This document shows, piece after piece, positions 28,153 through 39,880 of a DNA stretch of 64,000 nt. This DNA comes from Chloroflexota bacterium (GTDB taxonomy: Bacteria > Chloroflexota > Dormibacteria > Aeolococcales > Aeolococcaceae). Made by a program: the position numbers and the translations under genes. The number at the start of each line of letters is the position of its first letter. Position 1 is the stretch's first letter. Location of the stretch: assembly GCA_005880985.1 (NCBI GenBank), contig VBIQ01000005.1:350059-414058 (forward strand), in the 5' to 3' direction. The notes below the pieces were generated by a model. It did no database searches. It was given only the letters and a program-made list of their open reading frames with translations, and was not told the DNA's origin.

Positions 28153-29997
28153 TTGACCGGCGCGACCACGCCTGACGTGACAGCGGCCAGACGCGGGCGC
28201 TGGGTGCTGGCACTGGCCGCGACGGCGGTGTTGCTCGCCGCCGCCGACACCTACGTGGTGGTGCTGGCGCTGCCGAGCATCATGAACGACGTCGGGATCC
28301 CCATCTCGCAGCTGCAGCAGGCCACCCCGATCATCAGCGGCTTCCTGCTGGGCTACGTGGTGGTTCTGCCTCTGCTCGGCCGTCTCTCCGACCTCTACGG
28401 TCGGCGGCCCGTCTTCCTGGGCTGCCTTCTCGCCTTCGCCGCCGGTTCGGTGATCACCGCCTCGGCGGCGGGGCTGCCGCTGGTGGTTGCCGGCCGCACC
28501 ATCCAGGGGCTCGGAGGCGGTGGCCTGGTGCCGGTGACCCTGGCCCTGGTCGCCGATCTGTGGCCGCCCGGACGGCGCGGGCTGCCGCTGGGAGCGGTCG
28601 GCGCCGTCCAGGAACTGGGCAGCGTCCTCGGTCCGCTCTATGGCGCGGCGGTGGTCAGCTGGTCGGGCTGGAGGGCCATCTTCTGGATCAACGTCGCTCT
28701 CGCCCTGGCGCTGGGAGGGTGCTTCGCGCTCGCCTCGCGCGCGTCGGACGGCACCACCGATGACGATGCCCGGCGCCCCGACGCCGTCGGTGTGCTGCTG
28801 CTCCTCGGCGCCTGCGGGTCAGGAGTGCTGGCCCTGGTGCAGCCGTCGGCGCTCGCCGACAACGACACCACCGGCCAGCTCTACGGCCGGCTGCTCGGTG
28901 GGCGTCTGGGCGCGCTGACCATGCCCATGGCGCTGATCAGCCTCACCCTGTTCGCGGTCTTCGCCGGGTGGGAGGCGGGCGCGGCACGGCTGGTGCGGCC
29001 GGTGGTGGCGTTGCGACGCCTGCCGGCGGTGCTCGGCCGGCTCGACTGGCCCGGCGCCGTCCTGCTCGCCTCCGTGCTCGCCTGCATCATCGTCACCTTC
29101 ACCGCCGCCGATCCCTCGCGCCAGGTGATCGCCGACGGAGCGGTGATCACCATCCCCCTCGCCGCCGGCCTCGCCGCTCTCTTCGCCTGGCGCGAACGTC
29201 GCGCGGCGGAGCCGCTGGTCGACTTCCGCGACTTCCGGGCCGGCCCCGCGGCCGGAGCGCTGCTGGTCAACCTCGCCATCGGCGCGGCGCTGATGGCGGC
29301 ACTGGTGGACATCCCCATCTTCGCCCGCGCCACCCGCTTTCACGATTCCCAGGTGCAGGCCTCGCTGGTGCTCGTCCGCTTCCTCCTCGCGGTGCCGGTC
29401 GGTGCCATCCTCGGCGGGCTGGTGTGCGAGCGGCTCAGCTACCGCCTCACCGCGGCGGTGGGCATGGCCCTCAGCGCGGCGATGTTCGCGGTGATGTCGG
29501 GATGGGGCGAACCGGCACTGGCGGCCCGCTTCGACGTCGGAGGACGGGAGCTCGTCTTCGGCACCGCCGACCTGGTCCTCTTCGCCTGCGGCCTCGGCTT
29601 CGGCCTGGCCATCGCGCCGGTCAACGCGGCGCTGCTGGCGGCGGTGCGCGGCGCCATCCACGGGCTGGCCTCCAGCCTGGTGGTGGTCGCGCGCATGATC
29701 GGGATGCTGACCGGCCTCTCACTGCTCACCGCCATCGGCCTGCAGCGTTTCTACACCGCCCAGGCCGGCATCCCGTCGCCGCTGCAGCTCTGCCCCACCC
29801 ACCCGGCCTCCTGCCCCGGTTACGACAGCCTGGTCACCGCGGCGGTGCTCGACGAGCTGCACGCCATCTTCATCGGCGCGGCCGCGTGCGCCGCGATGGC
29901 CGCGGCCCTGGCGATCTGGCTGCTTCGCCGGCTCCCCGGACGAGCGCGGCGGACTCTCGCCGACCCCCTGGCGGCAGCCGCCGGCGCCGGTGGCTGA
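28153..29997 (+). CDS. MFS transporter (DHA2, P55/Rv1410c-like)
   Basis: AADTYVVV, QATPIISGFLLGYV, GRLSDLYGRR, AVQELGSVLGPLYG, VVARMIGML. Confidence 0.85.
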   Translation: MTGATTPDVTAARRGRWVLALAATAVLLAAADTYVVVLALPSIMNDVGIPISQLQQATPIISGFLLGYVVVLPLLGRLSDLYGRRPVFLGCLLAFAAGSVITASAAGLPLVVAGRTIQGLGGGGLVPVTLALVADLWPPGRRGLPLGAVGAVQELGSVLGPLYGAAVVSWSGWRAIFWINVALALALGGCFALASRASDGTTDDDARRPDAVGVLLLLGACGSGVLALVQPSALADNDTTGQLYGRLLGGRLGALTMPMALISLTLFAVFAGWEAGAARLVRPVVALRRLPAVLGRLDWPGAVLLASVLACIIVTFTAADPSRQVIADGAVITIPLAAGLAALFAWRERRAAEPLVDFRDFRAGPAAGALLVNLAIGAALMAALVDIPIFARATRFHDSQVQASLVLVRFLLAVPVGAILGGLVCERLSYRLTAAVGMALSAAMFAVMSGWGEPALAARFDVGGRELVFGTADLVLFACGLGFGLAIAPVNAALLAAVRGAIHGLASSLVVVARMIGMLTGLSLLTAIGLQRFYTAQAGIPSPLQLCPTHPASCPGYDSLVTAAVLDELHAIFIGAAACAAMAAALAIWLLRRLPGRARRTLADPLAAAAGAGG

Positions 29998-31408
29998 GCC
30001 CGTCGCGGTGGTGCCGCGCACGCGCGACCTCGACGACCTGCTCGAGGCGCTGCGCCAGACTGTCGCCGAGCTCGGTCTCGAGGCCTATCTCGTCGGCGGT
30101 TTCGTGCGCGACCGCCTGCGTGGTCTTGACCTCGCCGAGGTCAAGGACATCGACCTGCTGGTGGTCGGCGCCGACGGCACCGAGGTGCTGCGCCGCCTGG
30201 CCAAGCAGTTCCGCTGGGCGCCGCCACAGCAGTTCGAGCGGTTCGGCACCGCCCAGGTGCGTGGCGACGGCTTCGTGGTCGAGGTGGTGCAGGCCCGGGC
30301 CGAACGCTACGACCCTGCATCGCGCAGACCCGAGGTGCGGCCGGGCACGCTCGACGAGGACATCTGGCGGCGAGACTTCACCGTCAACGCCCTCTGCCAG
30401 ACCCTCGAGGGGCTGCTGCTCGACCGCACCGGCAGGGGGCTCGACGACCTGCGCGAGGGCGTGCTGCGCACCCCGCTGGAGCCGCGTGAGACCTTCGGCG
30501 AGGACCCCCTGCGGATGTACCGAGCCGCCCGCTTCGCCGCGCAGCTGGGCTTCGCTCTGGCCCCCGGCCTGCTCGAGGCGATGCGCGGCGAGGCTCATCG
30601 CGCCGACATCCTGGGGTCGAAGCGGGTGCTCAGCGTCGAGCGGGTCGGCGAGGAGCTGCGTCGCCTGCTGGTCTCGCCCCACCCGCGCAAGGGGATGGAG
30701 GTCCTCCGCGACAGCGGCCTGCTCGGGGTGTCGATCCCCGAGCTGCAGGCGATGGTGGGCGTGGAGCAGAGCGGCTATCACCGCTACGACGTCTTCGACC
30801 ACACCACCCACGCACTGGATGCGTCCCCTCCCGACCTGCTGACCCGGCTGGGGGTGCTGTTTCATGACGTCGGCAAGCCCCCCTGCCACGCCATCGCCGA
30901 GGACGGCCGGCACACCTTCCACGATCATCCCGCCGTCGGGGCGGCGATGGTCGCCGCCATCCTCGAGCGGCTTCGTTTCAGCGGTGACGAGATCCGCGAC
31001 ACCGCCGCCCTGGTCCGTCTCCATCTCCGTCCCATCCAGTACCGCGCCGAGGACTTCAGCGACAGCGCGGTGCGACGCTTGATCCGCGATGCCGGTCCAC
31101 TGCGCGCCCGTCTGCTCGACGTCGCCCGGGCCGACACCATCGCGTCCGCGTTTCCCGACGTCGCCGCCCTCGACGAGTTGGAGGAGCGCATGGCCCGCCT
31201 CGACAAGGGCGAGACCCTGTCGCGCCGGCATCCGCCGCTCGACGGCCACACCCTGATGGCGCTCGCCGGCCGTCCCCCGGGCCCATGGGTCGGCAGGGCG
31301 CAGCGTGCCCTCGAGGAGGCGGTGATCGACGGCGCCATCGAACCCGGCGACGCCGAGGGCGCCCGCCGCTGGCTCGAGAGCCACCGCGAGCTGCTCCACA
31401 GCGACTGA
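29990..31408 (+). CDS. cca: CCA tRNA nucleotidyltransferase with HD domain
   Basis: LVGGFVRD, DIDL, RRDFTVNA, EDPLRMYRAARF, SVERVGEEL, LFHDVGKP. Confidence 0.93.
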   Translation: MAEPVAVVPRTRDLDDLLEALRQTVAELGLEAYLVGGFVRDRLRGLDLAEVKDIDLLVVGADGTEVLRRLAKQFRWAPPQQFERFGTAQVRGDGFVVEVVQARAERYDPASRRPEVRPGTLDEDIWRRDFTVNALCQTLEGLLLDRTGRGLDDLREGVLRTPLEPRETFGEDPLRMYRAARFAAQLGFALAPGLLEAMRGEAHRADILGSKRVLSVERVGEELRRLLVSPHPRKGMEVLRDSGLLGVSIPELQAMVGVEQSGYHRYDVFDHTTHALDASPPDLLTRLGVLFHDVGKPPCHAIAEDGRHTFHDHPAVGAAMVAAILERLRFSGDEIRDTAALVRLHLRPIQYRAEDFSDSAVRRLIRDAGPLRARLLDVARADTIASAFPDVAALDELEERMARLDKGETLSRRHPPLDGHTLMALAGRPPGPWVGRAQRALEEAVIDGAIEPGDAEGARRWLESHRELLHSD

Positions 31409-31475
31409 GCCCGCTCGAGCCGCCGACTGCAGCCCTTCGGGAGCCGGACGCCACCGCCAGTACAATGCCCCGGCG

Positions 31476-31928
31476 ATGCTGAACCGGATCAAGCTGGTGC
31501 GACGGCTTCTGATCGACCTTCCCCGCTACGTGAAACTGACGTACTGCCTGCTCCGTGATCCGCGGGTTCCGGCGACGCACAAGGCGGCGATGGGGGCGGC
31601 GCTGGCGATGATCGTCACCCCGTTCATCGACATCCCGATGTGGGTCCCGGTGGTCGGCGAGATGGATGTGCTGGCGCTGACGCTGCTGGCGGCACGGCTG
31701 TTCGTGGCCACCGCGCCTGCGCCCGTCGTCGCCGAGCACGACGAGGCGATCCGTCAGCACCGCAGCCGCTTCGACGGCGACGTTGCCCGCGGTCAGCGCC
31801 TGGCGGTGGCACTGGCGGCACGGCTGCACGGCGGGGACACGACACCGCCGCCGGATGTGCCGTCGCGGCAACCGCGGCCTGCGGTGCAGGCGGTCAAGCC
31901 CAGTCGATCCTCGATCCCGGTGGAGTGA
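31476..31928 (+). CDS. YkvA/DUF1232-family membrane protein
   Basis: DPRVP..K...P.IDIP.W.PVVGEMD pattern; TACAAT 9 nt upstream. Confidence 0.75.
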   Translation: MLNRIKLVRRLLIDLPRYVKLTYCLLRDPRVPATHKAAMGAALAMIVTPFIDIPMWVPVVGEMDVLALTLLAARLFVATAPAPVVAEHDEAIRQHRSRFDGDVARGQRLAVALAARLHGGDTTPPPDVPSRQPRPAVQAVKPSRSSIPVE

Positions 31929-31932
31929 ACTC

Positions 31933-32379
31933 GTGAGAGTCCTGTTCTTGCAAGAGGTGACGGGAACGGCCAAGGCCGGCGACGTCAAGGAGGTCGCGCC
32001 CGGCTACGCTCGCAACTACCTCTTTCCCAAGCACCTTGCGGTTGCCGCCGACGACCGGACCATCGAACAGGTCCGTCAGCGCGAGGAGGCGGCTCGGCGA
32101 CGCGCCGAGAAGGCGTTGACGGAGGCCCGTGACATCGAGCGCCGGCTGCGCCGCATCACCGTGACCCTCTACGCCAAGACCGGGGAGGGGGGACGCCTCT
32201 TCGGCTCGATCACCAACGCCGACATCGCCCAGCAGCTCAAGCGGGAGGCCGGCATCGACCTCGACAAGCGCAAGGTCGAGGTGGAGCCGCCGATCCGCTC
32301 CCTCGGCCCGCACGAGGTGACGGTGCAGCTGCACAGCGACATCACCGCGACGCTGCGCGTGGTCGTCGCGGCGCAGTGA
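31933..32379 (+). CDS. rplI: 50S ribosomal protein L9
   Basis: GDVKEVAPGYARNYLFP, GRLFGSIT, IRSLG; GTG start after GGAG. Confidence 0.96.
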   Translation: MRVLFLQEVTGTAKAGDVKEVAPGYARNYLFPKHLAVAADDRTIEQVRQREEAARRRAEKALTEARDIERRLRRITVTLYAKTGEGGRLFGSITNADIAQQLKREAGIDLDKRKVEVEPPIRSLGPHEVTVQLHSDITATLRVVVAAQ

Positions 32380-33758
32380 TCACCCCGCCGCCCCACACCG
32401 CACTCGGGGCGGCCGAGGCCGCCATCAGTGCCCCGGGCATGCGGCTTCAACCGCATGACGTCGAGGCCGAGAAGTCGGTCCTGGGGGCGATCATGCTCGA
32501 CCAGAACGCGGTGGCGACCGTCCGCGACATGCTCGAACCGGCCGATTTCTACGTCGAGCGGCACGTGCTCATCTACCGGGCGGCGGTGGAGCTCTCCGAC
32601 CGCGGTGAGCCGATCGACGTGCTCACCCTGCGTGGCCAGCTCGAGCGTGCGGGATCGCTGCCACGTTCGGGAGGCACCGAGTACCTTGCCGCGCTCAGTG
32701 TCGCGGTCCCGACCGCCGCCAACGTCAAGCACTACGCCGACATCGTTGTCGAGCACGCGCTGCGGCGCCGCCTCATCCAGGCAGGCGGCGAGGTGGCGTC
32801 ACTCGGCTTCGACCTCGGCCTCTCCGCCCGCGAGGCGGCCGACCGAGCCGAGCAGCGCATCTTCGCCGCCAGCGATCAGCGTCACACCACCGAGGCGACG
32901 CACATCATGCCGATCCTCAAGGAGACCTGGTCGCAGCTGGAGACGATGCTCGGCCGCAAGCGTTTCATCACCGGTGTGCCCACCAACTACGGTGAGCTCG
33001 ACAATGTGACCCAGGGGCTGCAACCGAGCGAGCTGATCATCCTGGCGGCACGACCAGCGGTCGGCAAGACCTCCTTCGCCCTCAACATCGCTCGCAACGC
33101 GGCGGTGCTGGCCAAGCAACCGGTGGCGATCTTCTCCCTGGAGATGTCGAAGGAGTCACTGGTTCAGCGCCTGCTGTGCAGCGAGGCGGCCGTCGACTCC
33201 TTCCTGCTCAAGACCGGGCAGGCGGACGCCACCGTCTTCGCCCGCATCGCCCAGGCGATGGACCGGCTCACCAACGCCGAGCTCTGGATCGACGACACCC
33301 CCGGTCTCAGTATCGCCAACCTGCGCTCTAGGGTGCGCCGGATGAAGGCCCAGCACAACATCGCGCTGGTGGTCGTCGATTACCTGCAGTTGATGCACGG
33401 CGGTCGCCAGGAATCACGGGTGCAGGAGGTCTCCGACATCTCTGCCGGCCTGAAGTCGATCGCCAAGGAATTGCGGATGCCGGTGCTGGCGCTCTCACAA
33501 ATGTCCCGCGAGTCGGAGCGGCGCACCGACCGGCGACCACAACTCAGCGACCTGAGAGAGAGCGGGAGTATCGAGCAGGACTCGGATATCGTCCTGTTTC
33601 TCTACCGCGAGGGCATGCACAATCCCGAGATCGATCGCTCGGACACCAAGCTGATCGTGGCCAAGAACCGCAACGGGCCGATCAAGGAGATCGACCTGGT
33701 GTTCATCGCCGAGCAGACCGCCTTCCGCGAGCCGTACCGGGTCCGCGGCGAGGGCTGA
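32376..33758 (+). CDS. dnaB: Replicative DNA helicase
   Basis: AEKSVLGA, AARPAVGKT, FSLEM, VDYLQLM, LSDLRESGSIEQD, KNRNGP; no intein. Confidence 0.97.
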   Translation: MITPPPHTALGAAEAAISAPGMRLQPHDVEAEKSVLGAIMLDQNAVATVRDMLEPADFYVERHVLIYRAAVELSDRGEPIDVLTLRGQLERAGSLPRSGGTEYLAALSVAVPTAANVKHYADIVVEHALRRRLIQAGGEVASLGFDLGLSAREAADRAEQRIFAASDQRHTTEATHIMPILKETWSQLETMLGRKRFITGVPTNYGELDNVTQGLQPSELIILAARPAVGKTSFALNIARNAAVLAKQPVAIFSLEMSKESLVQRLLCSEAAVDSFLLKTGQADATVFARIAQAMDRLTNAELWIDDTPGLSIANLRSRVRRMKAQHNIALVVVDYLQLMHGGRQESRVQEVSDISAGLKSIAKELRMPVLALSQMSRESERRTDRRPQLSDLRESGSIEQDSDIVLFLYREGMHNPEIDRSDTKLIVAKNRNGPIKEIDLVFIAEQTAFREPYRVRGEG

Positions 33759-33761
33759 GAC

Positions 33762-34495
33762 GTGTCGTCGCGGGGCGAGCCACGGGCGACGCCGCTGCCG
33801 ACCGCCGACGCCACCCGCGAGGCGCTGGGCATGACCGTGCACGAACTGCGCCGCCCGCTCACCGTGATCACCAGCTACGCCCAGCTGCTCTCCGGCGGCA
33901 TGCTCGGCGAGGTTCCGGCGGCGGCGATGACGGCGGTGGAGTCGATGGTGGAAGCTGCCGATGCCATGCTGGCTCTCATCGAGGGACTGGCGGAGGTGGT
34001 CCGGCTCGGTGACCCCGCCGATCAGCCGGTCATCACCGAGGTCGCGGCGGACGAGCTGCTGGAGCCGGTCCTCGCCGAGGTGGCACCGATGGCGATGCTT
34101 CGCGGGGTGCGGCTCGAGATCGACGCGGCGGAGGGCCTGCGGGTCCGCGGCGATGCCCGCCGGCTGGGACTGGCGCTCGGCAATCTCTGCACCAACGCCG
34201 TCACCTACTCGGCCGAGAACACCACGGTGCAGGTCACCGCCCGGGGTCACCGCGGCGAGGTGGTGATCGCGGTGCGTGACCGGGGGCCAGGCGTCCCGCC
34301 CGAGGAGGAGCCCAGGATCTTCGACAAGTACTACCGCGGCCGGCTGGGCCGGCGCGAGCATCCCACCGGTTCCGGGCTCGGGCTGTTCCTGGCACGCGCC
34401 GTGGCCGAGGGAGCCGGCGGCTCGCTGACAGCCAACGCCGCCGAGGGCGGCGGCATGGAGTTCGTGCTGCGGCTGCCGGTGGCAGAGCGGGGCTA

Positions 34496-34496
<1 letters not shown>
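33762..34496 (+). CDS. Histidine kinase lacking an input domain (HisKA + HATPase only)
   Basis: HELRRPLT H-box near the N-terminus, NLCTNA, DRGPG, IFDKYYR, GSGLGL. Confidence 0.85.
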
Positions 34497-35920
<1,424 letters not shown>

Positions 35921-35963
35921 CCGGATCGTCGCGCGTGGCGGCGCGACCACGACCCGCGCGGGT

Positions 35964-36578
35964 TCACGCCACGGCGCGCTCGAGACGGCGGCGGCGGATG
36001 CGGCGCCGCCAGCTGTACGCGAGCACCGCTCCGGTCACCACCAGTGCCGCCCCGATGACGCGATCGACCCATGGCAGCACCGGCGTCACCGAGTCGCCGA
36101 GGGTAAAGCCGAGCAGGGTGAACCCACCGAGCCAGACCACCGTCGAGGGCACCACCCCGGCGATGAAGACGCGCGGGGGGAGGCGCAGGCAGCCGGCGGC
36201 AAACGAGGCGTTGATGCGGGTGCCCGGGAGGATGCGGGCGATCACAATGCCACGGGCGCCGGCGCGCGCCAACCAGCGCTCGGCTCGCTCCAGCCGGCTC
36301 GCGGTCAACCCCAGTCGCCACCCCAGCCGCAGCACCAGCGGCCGGCCCGCGTACCGGCTGATCGCGTAGCAGCAGAGGGCGCCGGCAACGGCGCTGGAGT
36401 AGCCGAGGGGGAGGAACACCAGCAGCCGGGTGGAGTGGATCGCGGCCAGGTATCCGGCGGCGATGAGGATCAGATCGCCGGGCAGGAAGGGCAGCGGCAA
36501 CCCCGCCTCCTCCACGAAGACCAGCAAGCAGATCAGCGCGTACGCCTGAAATCCGTCCAGCGCGTGCAACCACTCCAT
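35964..36578 (-). CDS. DedA-family membrane protein
   Basis: EEAGLPLPFLPGD, ARILPGTR. Confidence 0.9.
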   Translation of the reverse strand: MEWLHALDGFQAYALICLLVFVEEAGLPLPFLPGDLILIAAGYLAAIHSTRLLVFLPLGYSSAVAGALCCYAISRYAGRPLVLRLGWRLGLTASRLERAERWLARAGARGIVIARILPGTRINASFAAGCLRLPPRVFIAGVVPSTVVWLGGFTLLGFTLGDSVTPVLPWVDRVIGAALVVTGAVLAYSWRRRIRRRRLERAVA

Positions 36579-36638
36579 GGCCGTCGCGAGGATATCCCAG
36601 GAACGGACAGAGCGCCCGCACCGCTAGACTCGCCGGCC

Positions 36639-37505
36639 GTGACCGCTGACGAGATTCGCACCATCGCCGTGGTCGGAGCCGGGACCATGGGCAGCCAGAT
36701 CGCGTACCAGGTTGCCCTGAGCGGCTACCCCGTCCACCTCTACAGCCGCTCCAACGAGCGGCTGACCAGCGCGGTGGGCCACTGCGGCAAGCTGCTGCTC
36801 AAGCGGGTCGAGAAGGGCAAGCTGGAGCAGACCGACTGCGATGCGGCGATGGAGCGGGTCAGCACCACCACCGACCTTGCGGAGGCCTGCGGCAGCGCCG
36901 ACCTGGTGATCAAGTCGGTTGCCGAGGATCGCCGCCTGAAGCGCGACATGTTCTCCGCCATCTCCGAGGTGGCGCCCGAGCACGCCATCCTGGCAACCAA
37001 CTCCTCGACCATGGCCTCGTCGTTCTTCGCCGACTGCGTTCGCAATCCTGCGCGCCTGCTCAACCTCCACTTCTTCAACCCGGCCATGGTGATGCAGCTG
37101 GTGGAGGTGGTGCGCGGACCCCACACCGCCGAGGACACGGTGACCACGGCGATGGAGTTCGCCCGCCGCATCGGCAAGACGCCGGTGCTGGTCAACAAGG
37201 AGGCCTACGGCTTCGTCGCCAACCGCATCGCGTTCATCGCCATGCAGGAGGCGTTCAAGCTGGTCGAGGAGGGCGTGGTCTCGATGGAGGACGCCGACCT
37301 CGCGGTGCGCAACGGTCTCGGTTGGCCGATGGGCATGTTCGAACTCGCCGACCTGGTCGGCCTCGATGTGACCGAGAACATCCTGTCTCAGGGTCACTAC
37401 CAGACCGGCGAGGAGCGCTGGCGGCCGACACCGATCCTCACCGACCACGTCGCCCGCGGCGAGCTCGGGCGCAAGACCGGTCGGGGGTTCTACCCGAGCA
37501 GGTAG
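36639..37505 (+). CDS. 3-hydroxyacyl-CoA dehydrogenase
   Basis: GAGTMG, ATNSS, LHFFNP..M.LVE, GFVANR, PMGMFELADLVGLD, LGRKTGRGFY. Confidence 0.92.
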   Translation: MTADEIRTIAVVGAGTMGSQIAYQVALSGYPVHLYSRSNERLTSAVGHCGKLLLKRVEKGKLEQTDCDAAMERVSTTTDLAEACGSADLVIKSVAEDRRLKRDMFSAISEVAPEHAILATNSSTMASSFFADCVRNPARLLNLHFFNPAMVMQLVEVVRGPHTAEDTVTTAMEFARRIGKTPVLVNKEAYGFVANRIAFIAMQEAFKLVEEGVVSMEDADLAVRNGLGWPMGMFELADLVGLDVTENILSQGHYQTGEERWRPTPILTDHVARGELGRKTGRGFYPSR

Positions 37506-37527
37506 CCCAGCACCCCGGGCAGCTCGG

Positions 37528-38430
37528 CTACGGTGCCTGGAGCACCAGGATGTTCTGGTGCACGATGTTGGGGACGAAACCATAGGGATAGCCGTATGGT
37601 CGGACCCGGCTACCGGTGCCATACCAGACCTTGATTCCCTTGAGCACGAAGCCGGCCGCTTCGAACCGGCGAGCGACCTCGGCAGAGGCGAACACGTAGC
37701 GTCCCTGCTGATAGGAGTCGCGCATGATCACCGCGCAGTACCCACGGGGGCGCACCACCGGCAGCAACAGTCGGGCCACCTCCTCCATGGCCTGGTAGTA
37801 GTGGTCGAAGCTGTCCAGGTTACGGAGGTCTCCGTCGTCGTCACTGAAGCGGTCGAAGTCGGTGTGCCGCGCCTGCACCTGGTAGCGACCGTCGCACATG
37901 GTCTTGTCGAGAGCGATCGAGTAGGGCGGATCGGTCGCGATGCAGTCGAAGACCCGACCGTTTGCCGCCAGCTCGGCGAGCACCCTCCGGCAATCGCCGA
38001 GAACGACCTCCTGCTCGGGCAGTCCTTCACGTCGCGTCACCTCACGGTAGACCTCGAGCCACTCCGGGTTGATCTCGATCCCGGTCGCGACCCGGTCACA
38101 GAGAGAGGCGCCGAGCAGGGTCCCGCCGACGCCGCAGAAGGGGTCGAGCACCGAACCTCGGGGCCGGGTGAAGAACTCGATGAGATGGCGCATCAGCAGT
38201 GGAGGCTTGTTGGCCCCGTGGCGGCGGCGCAGCTCCTGGCCGGCGTGCGCCGGATAGGAGGTGCGCAGCACCGTCTTGGTGAAGTACAGCCACTCGTTGC
38301 CGCTCAGGGTATTGAGGCGGTTCTGAGGATGGACGTCACCCCGGGTCCAGCGCACGACGCCGTCGTCGCCGTCGTCCCCCTCGTCTCCGTCAGCACGGAT
38401 GTCGTCTGGAAGTGGGTCCAACCGTCTCAT
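37528..38430 (-). CDS. Amino-methyltransferase (DNA N4/N6 methylase-like), orphan
   Basis: VLDPFCGVGGT (motif I) precedes TDPPY (motif IV); H.A.KP..L. Confidence 0.8.
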   Translation of the reverse strand: MRRLDPLPDDIRADGDEGDDGDDGVVRWTRGDVHPQNRLNTLSGNEWLYFTKTVLRTSYPAHAGQELRRRHGANKPPLLMRHLIEFFTRPRGSVLDPFCGVGGTLLGASLCDRVATGIEINPEWLEVYREVTRREGLPEQEVVLGDCRRVLAELAANGRVFDCIATDPPYSIALDKTMCDGRYQVQARHTDFDRFSDDDGDLRNLDSFDHYYQAMEEVARLLLPVVRPRGYCAVIMRDSYQQGRYVFASAEVARRFEAAGFVLKGIKVWYGTGSRVRPYGYPYGFVPNIVHQNILVLQAP

Positions 38431-38529
38431 GGGGCGAGCATACGAGGCGCACCCCGCTTGCGCCGCATCTCAGCCCGAGTCGGCGTCGCCCACTGACGCG
38501 GCGGGAGCGCGACCCCTACACTCCGCCAG

Positions 38530-38970
38530 ATGGCCATGTTCGAGTCGCTTCAGAAGCTGTTCGCCGCCACCCGGGTGCGCCGCGAGGAGGTGCCCTACGT
38601 CGTCTGCCGGCTGCAGCCCGGCACGCCGCTCGAGCGGGTGGTGCAGCTCCAACCGCCCCCGCTGTGTGTTGCGGTCGAACCGGATGGCGCCACCGTCTTC
38701 CTACCGGAGGCTGAGCTGCCGACGCTGCAGTCGGTGGTGCCGGTGGCGGAGCACGACGGTCCCTGGGCGGTCTTCGGCCTGTACGCGCCATTCGACTTCG
38801 GCGTCACCGGATACCTCGCCCGCGTCTGCGAAGCCCTGGCGGCGCGCGAGATCCCGGTGCTCTCGCTGGCAACCTACCGCCGCGATTTCATCCTCGTGCC
38901 CGGCAGCCGCGCCGAGGATGCCCAGGCCGCGCTCGACAGCCTGATCCTCACCAGCGGACGCGGAGCCTGA
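38530..38970 (+). CDS. ACT-domain protein (DUF2241/CASTOR-like)
   Basis: FGVTGYLARVCEALAAREIPVLSLATYRRDFILV. Confidence 0.8.
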   Translation: MAMFESLQKLFAATRVRREEVPYVVCRLQPGTPLERVVQLQPPPLCVAVEPDGATVFLPEAELPTLQSVVPVAEHDGPWAVFGLYAPFDFGVTGYLARVCEALAAREIPVLSLATYRRDFILVPGSRAEDAQAALDSLILTSGRGA

Positions 38971-38998
38971 TGGCGCCGCCGGCAACCGCGGTGCACCC

Positions 38999-39880
38999 CT
39001 AGGCAAGGTCCAGGGCTTCGAGGACGTCGGCCACCCCGCCCTCCTCGGGTGCGCCACAGAGCGCGTCGGCGGACCGCTTGACCGCCGTCGGAGCGGTGTG
39101 CACCGCCACCGCGAAGCCACAGAGCTCGAGCATGTCGAGGTCGTTGGGGGCGTCGCCGACGGCCACCGCGTCAGCCGGGTCGACGCCGTGGCGACGGCAC
39201 AGCCGCCGCAGCGCCGGCCCCTTTCCCGCTCGTGGGTTGACGACCTCGACGAAGGGCGGGAGCGAACGGGTCACCCGGGCAGCCGGACCCAGCGCGGCAG
39301 CAATCTCCGACTCACACCGGTCCGCTTCCGCGGGATCGGTGACCACGCACACCAACTTGGTGCTGCCCTGGGAGACGGCGTGCTCGAGGTCGTTGACGAA
39401 GTGGATGGGCACCCGGGCGATGCCCGCGTACAGGTGGGCCTCGGGGCGGTCCTCTTCGCACACCAGCCGCTCACCGATGTAGGCCTGGCGGTGCCATCCG
39501 CCGGTACGCGCCCTGCGCACCGCGGACGCCGCCGTCGCCGCATCCACGCCCTCCTCGCTCAGCAGCCTGCCCAGCGGAACGCCATCCAGCTCCGGGTCGC
39601 CCGCCTCCGGAAGCTCGCGCATCACCGCACCCTGATAGCAGATCAGCGGCTCCCGCACCCGCAGCTCCTGCGCCCAGGGCAGGGTGGAGCGATACATGCG
39701 GCCGCTGGCGATCACCACCGGGGTGCCGCCGGCGACGGTGGCGCGCACGGCGTCGCGGATGCGCGGGTGCAGCCGCAGCTGCGCGTCGATGCAGGTTCCG
39801 TCGAGGTCGAGGGCCACCAGCCGCACACGCCGCCCCGGACGGGGCGCGCTGCTGATCGGAGGCGGATCGATCGCCGTCAC
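38999..39880 (-). CDS. Cof-type HAD-IIB hydrolase
   Basis: ALDLDGT, ASGR, GKG, VGDAPNDLDML; GTGA overlap with the upstream gene. Confidence 0.9.
   Translation of the reverse strand: MTAIDPPPISSAPRPGRRVRLVALDLDGTCIDAQLRLHPRIRDAVRATVAGGTPVVIASGRMYRSTLPWAQELRVREPLICYQGAVMRELPEAGDPELDGVPLGRLLSEEGVDAATAASAVRRARTGGWHRQAYIGERLVCEEDRPEAHLYAGIARVPIHFVNDLEHAVSQGSTKLVCVVTDPAEADRCESEIAAALGPAARVTRSLPPFVEVVNPRAGKGPALRRLCRRHGVDPADAVAVGDAPNDLDMLELCGFAVAVHTAPTAVKRSADALCGAPEEGGVADVLEALDLA

Noticed and set aside
36900-36930. DLVIKSV instead of the conserved DLVIE(A/S)V in 3-hydroxyacyl-CoA dehydrogenase
   Set aside because: A single G-to-A difference with the catalytic His/Glu intact; it cannot be distinguished from a SNP or error.
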